From Candidatus Latescibacterota bacterium (GTDB taxonomy: Bacteria; Latescibacterota; Latescibacteria; Latescibacterales; Latescibacteraceae): a stretch of DNA of 47,705 nucleotides. The notes beneath the pieces were generated by a model. That model was not told the DNA's origin. It ran no database searches and was given only the letters and a program-made list of their open reading frames with translations. Location of the stretch: assembly GCA_016927495.1 (NCBI GenBank), contig JAFGMP010000263.1:1-47705 (forward strand). Reading direction: 5' to 3'. The position numbers and the translations under genes are program-made. Of this stretch, positions 37,106-46,047 are shown piece after piece; the first letter of the stretch is position 1, and every line of letters begins with the position of its first letter.

Positions 37106-38398
37106 TCAGTCAATGACATTTATCATGCAGTGCAGTCCCCCTCTCAGTATATTTTCCTTCATCGTTACCGGTATTATCCGATAGCCGAGAGAAGTAAATT
37201 TATTGATATTGTTTTCCAGAATTTCCTTATCCGATTTAATTCTGGTGTCATAAACCGGTAATAGTATTTTTTTCTCACCGGTTTCGGCATCTATGAATGG
37301 TATGGCATTCACATAGTATTCCTGCCTTAAAATGTTGTGAACCGGTGTATCAATGTCGACAATTTTTAGTCCTGAAGCTGCCAGGGTTTTCCTCACTTTT
37401 TTAAGATAATTTTCAACTACTTCTATTCCGGCTTTATGCTTTCCATACTCATGAGTATTTTCTATAACACGTGTGACACAGGCAACACTATCGGCAACGA
37501 TAACAAACGCCTGATCGAGATGAAACATATAGTACGGCTGCTTTGTACCTTCATCAATGATAACGACTTCATCAGCGCCGAATGTTTCGGCGATTATATC
37601 GGTGACAATCGAGTCGCTCACTGCTTCATCAGGAAAAGTTTCTCGAAAAATTGATGTATTTAATAAGACATCACTACCGCAAAAGGCAATTCGCTTCCCT
37701 GAAATTTCGCCGAAACGGATATTGCCACCGTTAAAGACTACCGGAATTTCACATTGCTTCAGACCTTTAATCATAAGCCCTTGTATAAAATCATTATCGT
37801 GAATCAGATTATCTCTTGAAAATTTATCTTTTGACCAAAGACACATGTGAAAAGGAGGTGTTACCATTTTCATGGCCCGATCAGGACTGATCACCGGAAT
37901 AAATATGTCCTGCATCCAAAATGTACCAATTTGAATTGGAACAGGATTTTGGAGATCTTTTACAGCAAAACCTTTGGCATTGTCGAGAATATAGAGTGTT
38001 CCGTCGCTTTTTATTTCGGTATTGTACTTTAATACCGAAGTTTTATTACCATAAGGTGTTCTCTTGATCGATTCTCTGACATCTTCATAAACATCATTGG
38101 AAACCAGAAGAGATATGTTCGTATATGATGGCAGTCTTTTGAACATTTCATGATGTAAATCAAGTGATGAACTTCCGGCTTTGAGGGAAACGACTATATT
38201 TTTCAGGTTTCTCTTGTATTCAGGAACAACCTGATACTGTTTCCGGTTAAGTTGATACTTCGCATCTATATGACTGTCAGCAAAAAGTGTTAACAGGTAA
38301 GATTGCAACAAAAAAACGATAAGTGAAACCGTAAGTTTTATTCCGATGTGGAAACAGTTTTTTTTACCGGAAATTCTATCTGAAATAATTCGATACAT
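37106..38398 (-). CDS. Exported guanidino-group-modifying enzyme (peptidylarginine/agmatine deiminase-like)
   Basis: WMQD, GGN, FHLD, YVNA and C-terminal GGLHC (catalytic Asp/His/Asp/Cys set); N-terminal hydrophobic segment. Confidence 0.75.
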   Translation of the reverse strand: MYRIISDRISGKKNCFHIGIKLTVSLIVFLLQSYLLTLFADSHIDAKYQLNRKQYQVVPEYKRNLKNIVVSLKAGSSSLDLHHEMFKRLPSYTNISLLVSNDVYEDVRESIKRTPYGNKTSVLKYNTEIKSDGTLYILDNAKGFAVKDLQNPVPIQIGTFWMQDIFIPVISPDRAMKMVTPPFHMCLWSKDKFSRDNLIHDNDFIQGLMIKGLKQCEIPVVFNGGNIRFGEISGKRIAFCGSDVLLNTSIFRETFPDEAVSDSIVTDIIAETFGADEVVIIDEGTKQPYYMFHLDQAFVIVADSVACVTRVIENTHEYGKHKAGIEVVENYLKKVRKTLAASGLKIVDIDTPVHNILRQEYYVNAIPFIDAETGEKKILLPVYDTRIKSDKEILENNINKFTSLGYRIIPVTMKENILRGGLHCMINVID

Positions 38399-38789
38399 TT
38401 ACGATTCCAAGGTTGAGTGTTATAATTACACAAGAATTTTATCTCTTCGGTTTTTACAGGAAATACCAAGTGATATAATATCAGAGTCTTGTTTTGGCGT
38501 TTGTATACCTGTTCTCCCTTACTATTAGTATAATAGTACAATAAATCCCTGCGCAAGCGCCGAGGAATCTTTCTATAAAAAAACTTCCGTGGTGCATGTA
38601 TTCGATCAAATATATCAAGTATTATGTGGTAATATCTATTGTTATATTTCCCAATAAGCATTCAAAAATACTTGAAAAATAGTTGCTGAAATCGTATCAT
38701 TTGATTCCCTGAAAGAACATAAAGACTGTTATATCTTAATTGACTATCGTGAGTAATGATCAATAACTATTATACGTTGGAGAATCGTA

Positions 38790-39788
38790 ATGAGTTTGAT
38801 AAAAATTGGTTTAATAGGATACGGTTCATGGACGCGGGGGGCATATCTGCCGGCGTTACAACGAGATGGCCGTGGAGTTGTCGTTTCCGTCGCAGCGCCA
38901 AGTGAATCGACACGCAACCGGATAAAAGATGATCTCGGTCCTGACGTTTCAGTTTTCGAAAATTTCGGTAAGCTTCTTGCCGGGCCGAAAATCGATGCCG
39001 TTTTTATTGCTGTACCCGACTATTCTCACGAATCAACTCTGACTGCGGCTTTGGGTTCCGGCCTTCCTGTCCTTTATGAACCGCCTGTATCGAACAAACG
39101 AAATAACATTCAGCCGATGCTCAGACGACTTCTCGATGCACCGCAGATTACCCATGCGGACACAGAGCTTATTTACATTCCTGTAGTTGGCAGAGCAGCC
39201 GAGCTTATCAAAAATCATACACTGGGCAACATGCAGACTGCAAATATTCGACTACAGTCATCATGGGGACCGAAACCGGGCTTTGAGATCAGTAATATCA
39301 ACCACATGAGCACATGGTATGTCAATATATTCAACCACATACTCGGATCAAATCCAAACCGTGTTCTCATGTTCGATGGCCATGGTGTAAGCGGACACAG
39401 GCAGAGCCACAGCGCCGCATATTACGATTATAACGGTGTCTGGGGTCATATCAAGGCAAATATTGCATGTATCGGTGAACTCGATATGAGAGTCGAGTTG
39501 AACGGCGATGACGGAGATATGTTAATAAACATGGTTACCGGTGAATTACGTATACGTACTCGACATAATCCGAAATGGACAACCGAATCGTGGCCTGCTC
39601 TTCAACCGTATGCGGGTTTGCCCGGTATGCATGAGTCTGTATCAGCCTTTCTCGATGCAGTGGAAAGCGGCAAACCAACCGATGCCGATGCGATTCATAT
39701 CGCGAAACTACATCTGATCGGACTTGCAGCGGACACATCGAGAGACAACGGAACTTGGGCGGAAATCTACGATATTGAATCAATATGA
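38790..39788 (+). CDS. Gfo/Idh/MocA family oxidoreductase
   Basis: IKIGLIGYG, IDAVFIAVPD.SH and G.PVLYEPP; GGAG RBS. Confidence 0.85.
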   Translation: MSLIKIGLIGYGSWTRGAYLPALQRDGRGVVVSVAAPSESTRNRIKDDLGPDVSVFENFGKLLAGPKIDAVFIAVPDYSHESTLTAALGSGLPVLYEPPVSNKRNNIQPMLRRLLDAPQITHADTELIYIPVVGRAAELIKNHTLGNMQTANIRLQSSWGPKPGFEISNINHMSTWYVNIFNHILGSNPNRVLMFDGHGVSGHRQSHSAAYYDYNGVWGHIKANIACIGELDMRVELNGDDGDMLINMVTGELRIRTRHNPKWTTESWPALQPYAGLPGMHESVSAFLDAVESGKPTDADAIHIAKLHLIGLAADTSRDNGTWAEIYDIESI

Positions 39789-39793
39789 TCCAA

Positions 39794-40921
39794 CTAACAT
39801 TCCAAACAATAATTGCCCTTTTCTGTTACTTTTTTTACTATCAATGATTTCCCAAGCACCGGTATTAAACTTTCCTGAAATTGCGATATAACTACTAATG
39901 GTGTTCTGAATAGAATTTTTAAATCCAACCAGAATGATCTTTCGGCAGCATATTTTATATCGAGCCGTATCATTTCTTTAAATGTGGTTCTGTTTTTCCC
40001 GCTTACCTGCCAAAGCCCGGTCAATCCGGGCGTTATATCGAACCGACGTGTGTGCCAGCGCAAATATTCTTCGGCTTCGTAAGGAATTGGTGGCCGTGGG
40101 CCTATCAGACTCATATCACCGCGAAGTACATTGAAAAGTTGTGGTAGTTCATCCAAACAGGTACTTCGTATAAAATTACCCAACGGAATTATTCTGGGAT
40201 CATTATCAATTTTCATCATTGGTTTTTCTTCACTGCTATCCCCATTGATCAATTCTTTAAGATATTTACTATGCACCGTGGAATCATTGTTTTCTTTCAT
40301 GGTTCTGAACTTAAAAAGTGTGAAAACTTTTCCTGATTTTCCTATCCTTTCCTGCCTGAAAAATACAGAACCGGGAGAAATAATTTTTATCAGCGCTGCA
40401 ATAAATAATAACAGAGGTGATAAAATTATAAGGCCGAAAAATGAGCCGATAATATCAATGGCACGTTTCCAGACAGGTATACTGTGACCGGAAGCAAATT
40501 TTTCGTATACATCATCCTCTCGAGATAATTGCTCATTAACCTTCTCTTTGTCATTCCAATTCATCGACGGATACATGTATACATTGTACTGCGGAGCAGG
40601 ATCGGGATGTACAGATTTTTCAAATATATTATGTGCCAGTTTATGAGCACCTTCAATTGTTGTATCGGGCAGAAGAACAGCAATCTGCCTATCATTTAAC
40701 CATCCGGTTGCATCAGAGGCTCGTAACCTCGAGGAAAAGGCATCGATAAAATGTACTGCATTTTTTATCTTTCCTTTGAGTTCGTCAATATCGAATGTTA
40801 TAAGGGTAAATTTTTGATTGCTACGGTCGGAACGGTATCTTTCTTGTTTGATGAGTGCATTAAATCCACTCACCGGTTTTATATTTTTTAAAGTATCCCT
40901 GGTATATATATCAGTATACAT
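39794..40921 (-). CDS. Priming phosphoglycosyl (sugar) transferase with an N-terminal degenerate GGDEF-like domain
   Basis: C-terminal KRAIDI, FRQERIG, FKFRTM, DPRI, LDELPQLFNVLRGDMSLIGPRP and PGLTGLWQVSG. N-terminal E..RSDR...FTLITFDID and RASD...IAVLLPDT..EGA. ATG 40921 follows GGAAAGGAG. Confidence 0.88.
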   Translation of the reverse strand: MYTDIYTRDTLKNIKPVSGFNALIKQERYRSDRSNQKFTLITFDIDELKGKIKNAVHFIDAFSSRLRASDATGWLNDRQIAVLLPDTTIEGAHKLAHNIFEKSVHPDPAPQYNVYMYPSMNWNDKEKVNEQLSREDDVYEKFASGHSIPVWKRAIDIIGSFFGLIILSPLLLFIAALIKIISPGSVFFRQERIGKSGKVFTLFKFRTMKENNDSTVHSKYLKELINGDSSEEKPMMKIDNDPRIIPLGNFIRSTCLDELPQLFNVLRGDMSLIGPRPPIPYEAEEYLRWHTRRFDITPGLTGLWQVSGKNRTTFKEMIRLDIKYAAERSFWLDLKILFRTPLVVISQFQESLIPVLGKSLIVKKVTEKGNYCLEC

Positions 40922-40981
40922 GGTCTCAAGCTCCTTTCCAGTATCATTGATATAGCATATTGCTTTGTACATTTGTTAATT

Positions 40982-40997
40982 AGCAATATATGTGCCA
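40982..40997 (-). promoter_or_regulatory. sigma54 -24/-12 promoter for the sugar transferase
   Basis: The minus strand reads TGGCACATATATTGCT, an exact match to TGGCAC-N5-TTGCW, about 60 bp upstream of ATG 40921. Confidence 0.85.
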
Positions 40998-41118
40998 GCG
41001 ATGAGTTTATCATAAAAGGATATCGCTAAACTGTCTCTAATATGTTGTAAATAATAATGATACCTCAAAGAATAAAGTTATCTGCAATCAAAATTATATA
41101 TGATTAAAATGATATAAC

Positions 41119-41224
41119 TGAGATATTTAAAAGGGTTTTTATCTCATTATTGACATGACCGTGAGACAATATGAGATGTTTTGAAAATCCGTCTCAATAG
41201 CAGACTAAATAATTATCCTGAGAT
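41119..41224. promoter_or_regulatory. Cluster of TGAGAY/RTCTCA half-sites, candidate bEBP enhancer array
   Basis: TGAGAT 41119, ATCTCA 41141, TGAGAC 41162, TGAGAT 41172, GTCTCA 41191 and TGAGAT 41219, lying 120-230 bp upstream of the sigma54 box. Confidence 0.55.
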
Positions 41225-41279
41225 TTTTCAAGTAGTTGGCTGAAATAACGATATTGGAAAGTACTACAAAAACGTGTTA

Positions 41280-41828
41280 TCACTGTTTTTCTATATGAAT
41301 TGATTTCACTATTGTGCTGTCAGGTATGGATTCAGGATTTTTTTCAATAAACCAGTTACCTGGAAAGAAATCGATAACAAAGCTCATCTGAATATCGTCA
41401 ACACGAGCACAAAGCACATGTTCTCCACAACTTTGCCATTTCACGTCATATACTTTTATGATGTCCCCGATCGTAGAGTCCACACCTATATCCTGTTCTG
41501 TTTTGTATCTTGTGTCATATACCCTGATTCTCCAAACTGTCCAATTTTCATCCTGAGTTATTTCGGCAACCAGAGAAGGTTTTTCGGTTTCAGTATCGTG
41601 TTGATAGATTTCAATCGCAGGACAGTAATGTCCCTCAATATTAAGATCAACAAACCTCGTGCTTTTTTCACCGAAAAGTGTGTATAGCTCATCTTTACTC
41701 ATTCCGATTTTCACATGACCGGCACGAAGACTCTGTAACAGAAATGCTTGTGTGTCTTCCTCTTTATTTTCTGCTTGCGTAATTGTTAAACATAATAACA
41801 TACTCATTAGGAAAATCAGGCGTTTCAT
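41280..41828 (-). CDS. Secreted hypothetical protein
   Basis: Signal peptide MKRLIFL...TQA|E; GGGGA RBS; no family recognised with confidence. Confidence 0.7.
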   Translation of the reverse strand: MKRLIFLMSMLLCLTITQAENKEEDTQAFLLQSLRAGHVKIGMSKDELYTLFGEKSTRFVDLNIEGHYCPAIEIYQHDTETEKPSLVAEITQDENWTVWRIRVYDTRYKTEQDIGVDSTIGDIIKVYDVKWQSCGEHVLCARVDDIQMSFVIDFFPGNWFIEKNPESIPDSTIVKSIHIEKQ

Positions 41829-41902
41829 ATCTTCATCCCCCTGTTCTGATATTCCCGCAAATCAATTATTTATTGGGTTTAAACGATAGGATAACTTTAT
41901 TA

Positions 41903-44569
41903 CTATTTTTCGATCACGGTAAACACCGCCTCACTGCGAATATCTTCCGATGACGATCCAACCATTACACGAAAATCACCCAGTTCGACAACCCAGTGCA
42001 TATCCTCGTTAAGCATGAGCATTTCTTTTTCCGTCAGTGTAAAGCGCACCGTTTTTGTTTCACCGGGATCAAGCGTAATCCGTCTGAAACCTTTCAATTC
42101 TTTGACCGGCCGTGACACGCTGGCAACCATATCATTGAGATACAATTGAACAATCTCATCACCGGGGACAGAACCGGTATTTTTGATATCGACCTCGATG
42201 TTCACCGGCTTTCCCTGCTGTACGGACTCCTTGTCAATCCGTAACTCACCATAAGAGAAAGTTGTATAACTGAGGCCGTACCCGAAGGGATATAGCGGCA
42301 CCGCGCTTGTATCCATGTAGTCGTAGCCCCGTCCCGAGGGTTTGTAATTATAGTACAGCGGCAGTTGAGCGGCAAAACGTGGGAATGTGATCGGCAGACG
42401 GCCACCCGGATTATAATCGCCGAAAAGCACTTCCGCAACCGCGTTTCCGCCCTCTTCACCGGGATACCATGCCTCGACAACCGCGCCTACCCCGGAAATC
42501 CAGTTAGTCACCGATACCGCACTGCCGGTTACCAGCACAACGATAGTCGGCGTTGCGGTCGCGGCAATCTCTTTGATCAACTCCTCCTGAAAACCCGGCA
42601 GATCGAGTGATGCCCTGTCTCTGAATTCGCCCTCCTCGATGCTGGTGACAACAACCGCCGCATCGGCGCTGCGGGCAACAGCGGCGGCTTTGGCCATTTT
42701 GGCACATTCCTGCTCCTCGAAACCGAGATCCCAGCCGAGGTACATGTCGGCACCCCATTTGCCTTCGTAATATTCGAGCCGGATATCATACATTTTCCCT
42801 TTTTCAAGTCTGACCTTTATAAGGTCGGTAGGAAATCCCCTGTCATTCCAATTTTGGAATAAAAGCTCGTTATCGAACCAGAAGCGGACACCGTCACTAC
42901 CTGACAGACTAAGTGTGACAACACCGGTCACCGGAGATTTCAACTTACCGGTCCACCGTGCCGAGAAAAAGTCATGATTAATTTTGGGATCGGGCGAATT
43001 GCTGCCCCACTCGAATCCGATGTTCTCATCGATCCTGACAACAACCGGATCGCCTTCGAGTTCCGTATTATTGAAATATTCCGCCTGAAGTCCCGGTTTG
43101 AGAGTATCATTTTCCTCATGGAAAAAATGGTCGGCGGGAATTGTGGGCAGCATGTATTGTGTATGACTGGTGCCGGTCTCATGTACAACGGCAGTCCCCG
43201 CGGGAACAATGTTTTTGATACCCTGAAGTATCGAAACCGTCTCCATACCATGACCGCTGTAACTGCCCAGCTTTGCCACATCGGCATCGGCCCCGATCAC
43301 GGCAATTTTTTTCAGGTTCTTTTTGAGCGGAAGCGTATCGTTACTGTTCTTGAGGAGGACAATCGATTCACGAGCCGCTTTGAGGGCAAGAGCACGGTGT
43401 TCCGGGGTATTGTACACTCTGTCGGCCGATTCCGTATCGACATAGGGATTATCGAACAGGCCAAGCCTGAATTTAACCCAAAGTATCCTTCTGACCGAAG
43501 CATCGAGGTCAGCTTCGGAAACCAGCCCCTTACGCAGCGCCTCGATCAGCGCATCGCCATACACATTGGCAGCGGGTAATTCCCTGTCGAGTCCGGCGGA
43601 AAGTGCCTGTGCTGCCGCCTCTTTCTTAGTGGTTGCAGTCTTATGGAGCGTGATCACTTCGATAAGTGCATCATAATCGCAGACGGTGAAACCTTCGAAA
43701 CCCCACTCATTCCTGAGTATATCGGTCAGAAGCCAGCGGCTCGCGTTACAGGGACGGCCATCCACCGAATTGAATGCGGGCATTACCGACAACGCCCCAC
43801 CATCGATAATACAGGCTTTAAACGCCGGGAAGTATATTTCATTGAGCAGACGTTCCGAAAAATGAATGGCGTTGCTGTCCCTGCCGCCATCGCCGAAATT
43901 TGCCACAAAATGTTTCGGCGTAGTTATGATGCCGAGATCGGTGAAACTTTTGCAGTAAGCCACACCCATGCGCGAGGTGAGATACGGGTCCTCGCCGTAG
44001 GTCTCCTGTGTCCTGCCCCACCGTACATCCCTGGCGATATTCACCACCGGGGAAAGCACCTGACGGTATCCGCTGGCCTGCGTTTCACGGGCGATTGCCG
44101 TAGCAACCTCCTTCATGAGATCGTCATCGAACGTCGCGGCAAGTCCGATCGCCTGAGGGAAACTGGTTGCGCCTTTGGCGGTAAGGCCGTGCAGAGCCTC
44201 GTTATGGATGATCGCCGGTATGCCCAGCCGTGTGTTCTCGATGAGCTTTTTCTGCACCTCATTCACGATTTTCGCCGATTCATGAGCGCTGTTGGTCGTT
44301 CGGCCCGAAAAGACATCCACACGGGTTACGCCGCCGATACCGTCACCGGTCAACACATCGTCGATGGTCTTGTTTTCCAGCTCAAGCCCTGGAGGAAAAA
44401 GGTTGATGAGCTGCGCCACTTTTTCCCCGACGGTCATTCTCCCGAGAAGATCCTCAACACGCTGTTCAACCGTCAGGGACGGATTTTTATATGCGGGGGT
44501 GGATTGGGCACCGATGCATAGAGCAAAGGAAACTGACAATGATAAGATGATGAGAATTATTTTTGGCAT
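41903..44569 (-). CDS. Secreted GH3 beta-glucosidase/xylosidase with a PA14 insertion and C-terminal Fn3-like domain
   Basis: TRLGIP, EALHG, ATSFPQ, RWGRTQETYGEDP, KHF, nucleophile Asp in VCDY, SIVLLKN, PA14 (GLQAEYFNN, FSARWTG), PLYPFGYGLSYT and RPVKELKGF. Confidence 0.95.
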   Translation of the reverse strand: MPKIILIILSLSVSFALCIGAQSTPAYKNPSLTVEQRVEDLLGRMTVGEKVAQLINLFPPGLELENKTIDDVLTGDGIGGVTRVDVFSGRTTNSAHESAKIVNEVQKKLIENTRLGIPAIIHNEALHGLTAKGATSFPQAIGLAATFDDDLMKEVATAIARETQASGYRQVLSPVVNIARDVRWGRTQETYGEDPYLTSRMGVAYCKSFTDLGIITTPKHFVANFGDGGRDSNAIHFSERLLNEIYFPAFKACIIDGGALSVMPAFNSVDGRPCNASRWLLTDILRNEWGFEGFTVCDYDALIEVITLHKTATTKKEAAAQALSAGLDRELPAANVYGDALIEALRKGLVSEADLDASVRRILWVKFRLGLFDNPYVDTESADRVYNTPEHRALALKAARESIVLLKNSNDTLPLKKNLKKIAVIGADADVAKLGSYSGHGMETVSILQGIKNIVPAGTAVVHETGTSHTQYMLPTIPADHFFHEENDTLKPGLQAEYFNNTELEGDPVVVRIDENIGFEWGSNSPDPKINHDFFSARWTGKLKSPVTGVVTLSLSGSDGVRFWFDNELLFQNWNDRGFPTDLIKVRLEKGKMYDIRLEYYEGKWGADMYLGWDLGFEEQECAKMAKAAAVARSADAAVVVTSIEEGEFRDRASLDLPGFQEELIKEIAATATPTIVVLVTGSAVSVTNWISGVGAVVEAWYPGEEGGNAVAEVLFGDYNPGGRLPITFPRFAAQLPLYYNYKPSGRGYDYMDTSAVPLYPFGYGLSYTTFSYGELRIDKESVQQGKPVNIEVDIKNTGSVPGDEIVQLYLNDMVASVSRPVKELKGFRRITLDPGETKTVRFTLTEKEMLMLNEDMHWVVELGDFRVMVGSSSEDIRSEAVFTVIEK

Positions 44570-44713
44570 TTTTAAAACATCCTTATGTTATGAGTTATAT
44601 CAAACATTTTTATGTGTGAAAGAAAAAATACGAAGAATAGTTGGGTGTGGTCAATAATAATGATATTTCGGGGAAAAAACGATTCAAAGTTGCAAAACAG
44701 TTACAAGGTATAT

Positions 44714-44740
44714 GTAGGGGCAGACCCGTGTGTCTGCCCT
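44714..44740 (+). repeat. GTAG-type REP element (RAYT-associated class)
   Basis: GTAG followed by the hairpin GGGCAGAC-ccgtgt-GTCTGCCC. Confidence 0.7.
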
Positions 44741-44763
44741 GTTTTTTGCCCTGAATTATTGTG

Positions 44764-44892
44764 TGTCTGAACCATGATTTTCTTGATTTACCTGATTACT
44801 TGATTAAAAAAAGGACGTGCCAAATTATAGTAATATATTCTGAGAAAATATATCATGATAATCCTTTAATCATGTGAATCATGGTTCTGACA
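44764..44892. repeat. 129-bp MITE-like element with terminal inverted repeats and periodic GATT/AATC sub-repeats
   Basis: Left end TGTCTGAACCATGATT; the right end reverse-complemented reads TGTCAGAACCATGATT (15/16 match). TGATT recurs every 8-9 bp on the left, mirrored by (A)ATC on the right. Confidence 0.7.
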
Positions 44893-44939
44893 AGGATTTA
44901 TAGATTATCTAAAACCATATTCTGAACGGATTATCTACT

Positions 44940-45377
44940 CTAAAAATCTTCATTCCGGACAATTGATAAAAAAGTTGCCGGATTGACTATCGGAATGCCT
45001 TGAAATTCCCTCAATTCGGTAAGATGGTGGTCTCCGGATACAATAAAGTTTGCTTCACTTTCTACAGTGCAAGCCAAAAACTTGTTATCTGATGGATCGT
45101 CCCGAATAACATCGAGCTTCAATTCTCCCGGTGTTACGACGGCAATCCTGCTCAATCTCTTTATAATCGAATCGACTTCTTCGGGCGTTACATCGTGCTT
45201 TTTCATCAGACGTACAAGTTTGGGATAGCGTATAACCCGATAAACTTCATCGAGAATATCCTGCGAAATGGCAAGAGTCACGGTGTCATCGAGCACAAGC
45301 CGTATAATCTGAGCGGAAATGCTTCGCGGCGAAAGAATCGCGCTAACCAACACATTGGTATCAAGTACAATTCTCAT
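44940..45377 (-). CDS. PIN-domain toxin (VapC-like, PIN_3 type)
   Basis: MRIVLDTNVLVSA, E, RDDPSDNKFL and IVSGDHHL; ATGA overlap with the antitoxin. Confidence 0.92.
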   Translation of the reverse strand: MRIVLDTNVLVSAILSPRSISAQIIRLVLDDTVTLAISQDILDEVYRVIRYPKLVRLMKKHDVTPEEVDSIIKRLSRIAVVTPGELKLDVIRDDPSDNKFLACTVESEANFIVSGDHHLTELREFQGIPIVNPATFLSIVRNEDF

Positions 45378-45646
45378 TTTATTTTTCTGACCGATTTGAC
45401 CGCTTCATTAATTGTTCTTTCAACCGTTGCCGGTTTTTCACCCTCCATCTTGCCCCATACGTTATCAAGCGTCCGGAGAGTTTCCTCCCGTTCCTTTTGC
45501 AGGATGCGGTATTTCTCCATGGAGACGATTGCCACTAACGGCTTACCCGCTCGCTCGATGACATAGTCGTCCCCTTTCAGGGACACCTCGTTCATGACCT
45601 GCCCAAGATTTTGCCGTGCTTTCAAAGCGGAAAGTATCTTTAACAT
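45374..45646 (-). CDS. Phd/YefM family antitoxin
   Basis: SALKARQNLGQVMNEV...YVIERAGKPLVAIVS; AGGAG RBS. Confidence 0.92.
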   Translation of the reverse strand: MLKILSALKARQNLGQVMNEVSLKGDDYVIERAGKPLVAIVSMEKYRILQKEREETLRTLDNVWGKMEGEKPATVERTINEAVKSVRKIK

Positions 45647-45673
45647 TTTTTATATCTCCTGTATCAATTATAA

Positions 45674-45716
45674 TGACCATATCAACTAATATAACTCATA
45701 TGGTTGATATAGTCAA
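45674..45716 (-). promoter_or_regulatory. sigma70 promoter of the TA operon overlapped by an inverted-repeat operator
   Basis: Minus strand TTGACT(45716-45711)-N17-TATATT(45693-45688). The arms TGACCATATCAACT and GGTTGATATAGTCA are 12/14 complementary. Confidence 0.7.
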
Positions 45717-46047
45717 ATCTCTTTTCGGGTGTGTCAAAAAATAAAATAAATCCCAAAAAAATAAGGATTTTGGGTGGTGAATTTCTTTCTATTCCAATTG
45801 GATTTGTTTGGACTTATATAACTGGGGATTTATGTCAAGATGGTTTGTTATAGGTATGTCCTAATTACCTTCGCTTACTGTAAAAAAAGTGTTGCATTTC
45901 AAAAAAGCATGTTTTATTATATTGTCATATCAAAGATTTGCTTGTGCGACTTAAACAGTTGATTTACTTGCGATTCAGTAAAAAATAGTTGTTAAAAATG
46001 GGGTTTATAAAAAAAATTACATAATGATTTGTTTGACGGATTGAAAT

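Noticed and set aside
38546-38572. GC-rich imperfect hairpin TCCCTGCGCAAGCGCCGAGGA
   Set aside because: It may be a decayed REP-like repeat, but it is short, mismatched and single-copy here.
38338-38661. 107-aa minus-strand ORF upstream of the PAD-like gene
   Set aside because: No RBS or motifs, AT-rich intergenic composition and an out-of-frame overlap with the PAD-like start.
42974-44657. Long plus-strand ORFs (201, 292 and 121 aa) within the GH3 gene
   Set aside because: They are antisense shadows of a GC-richer coding sequence with no recognisable motifs.
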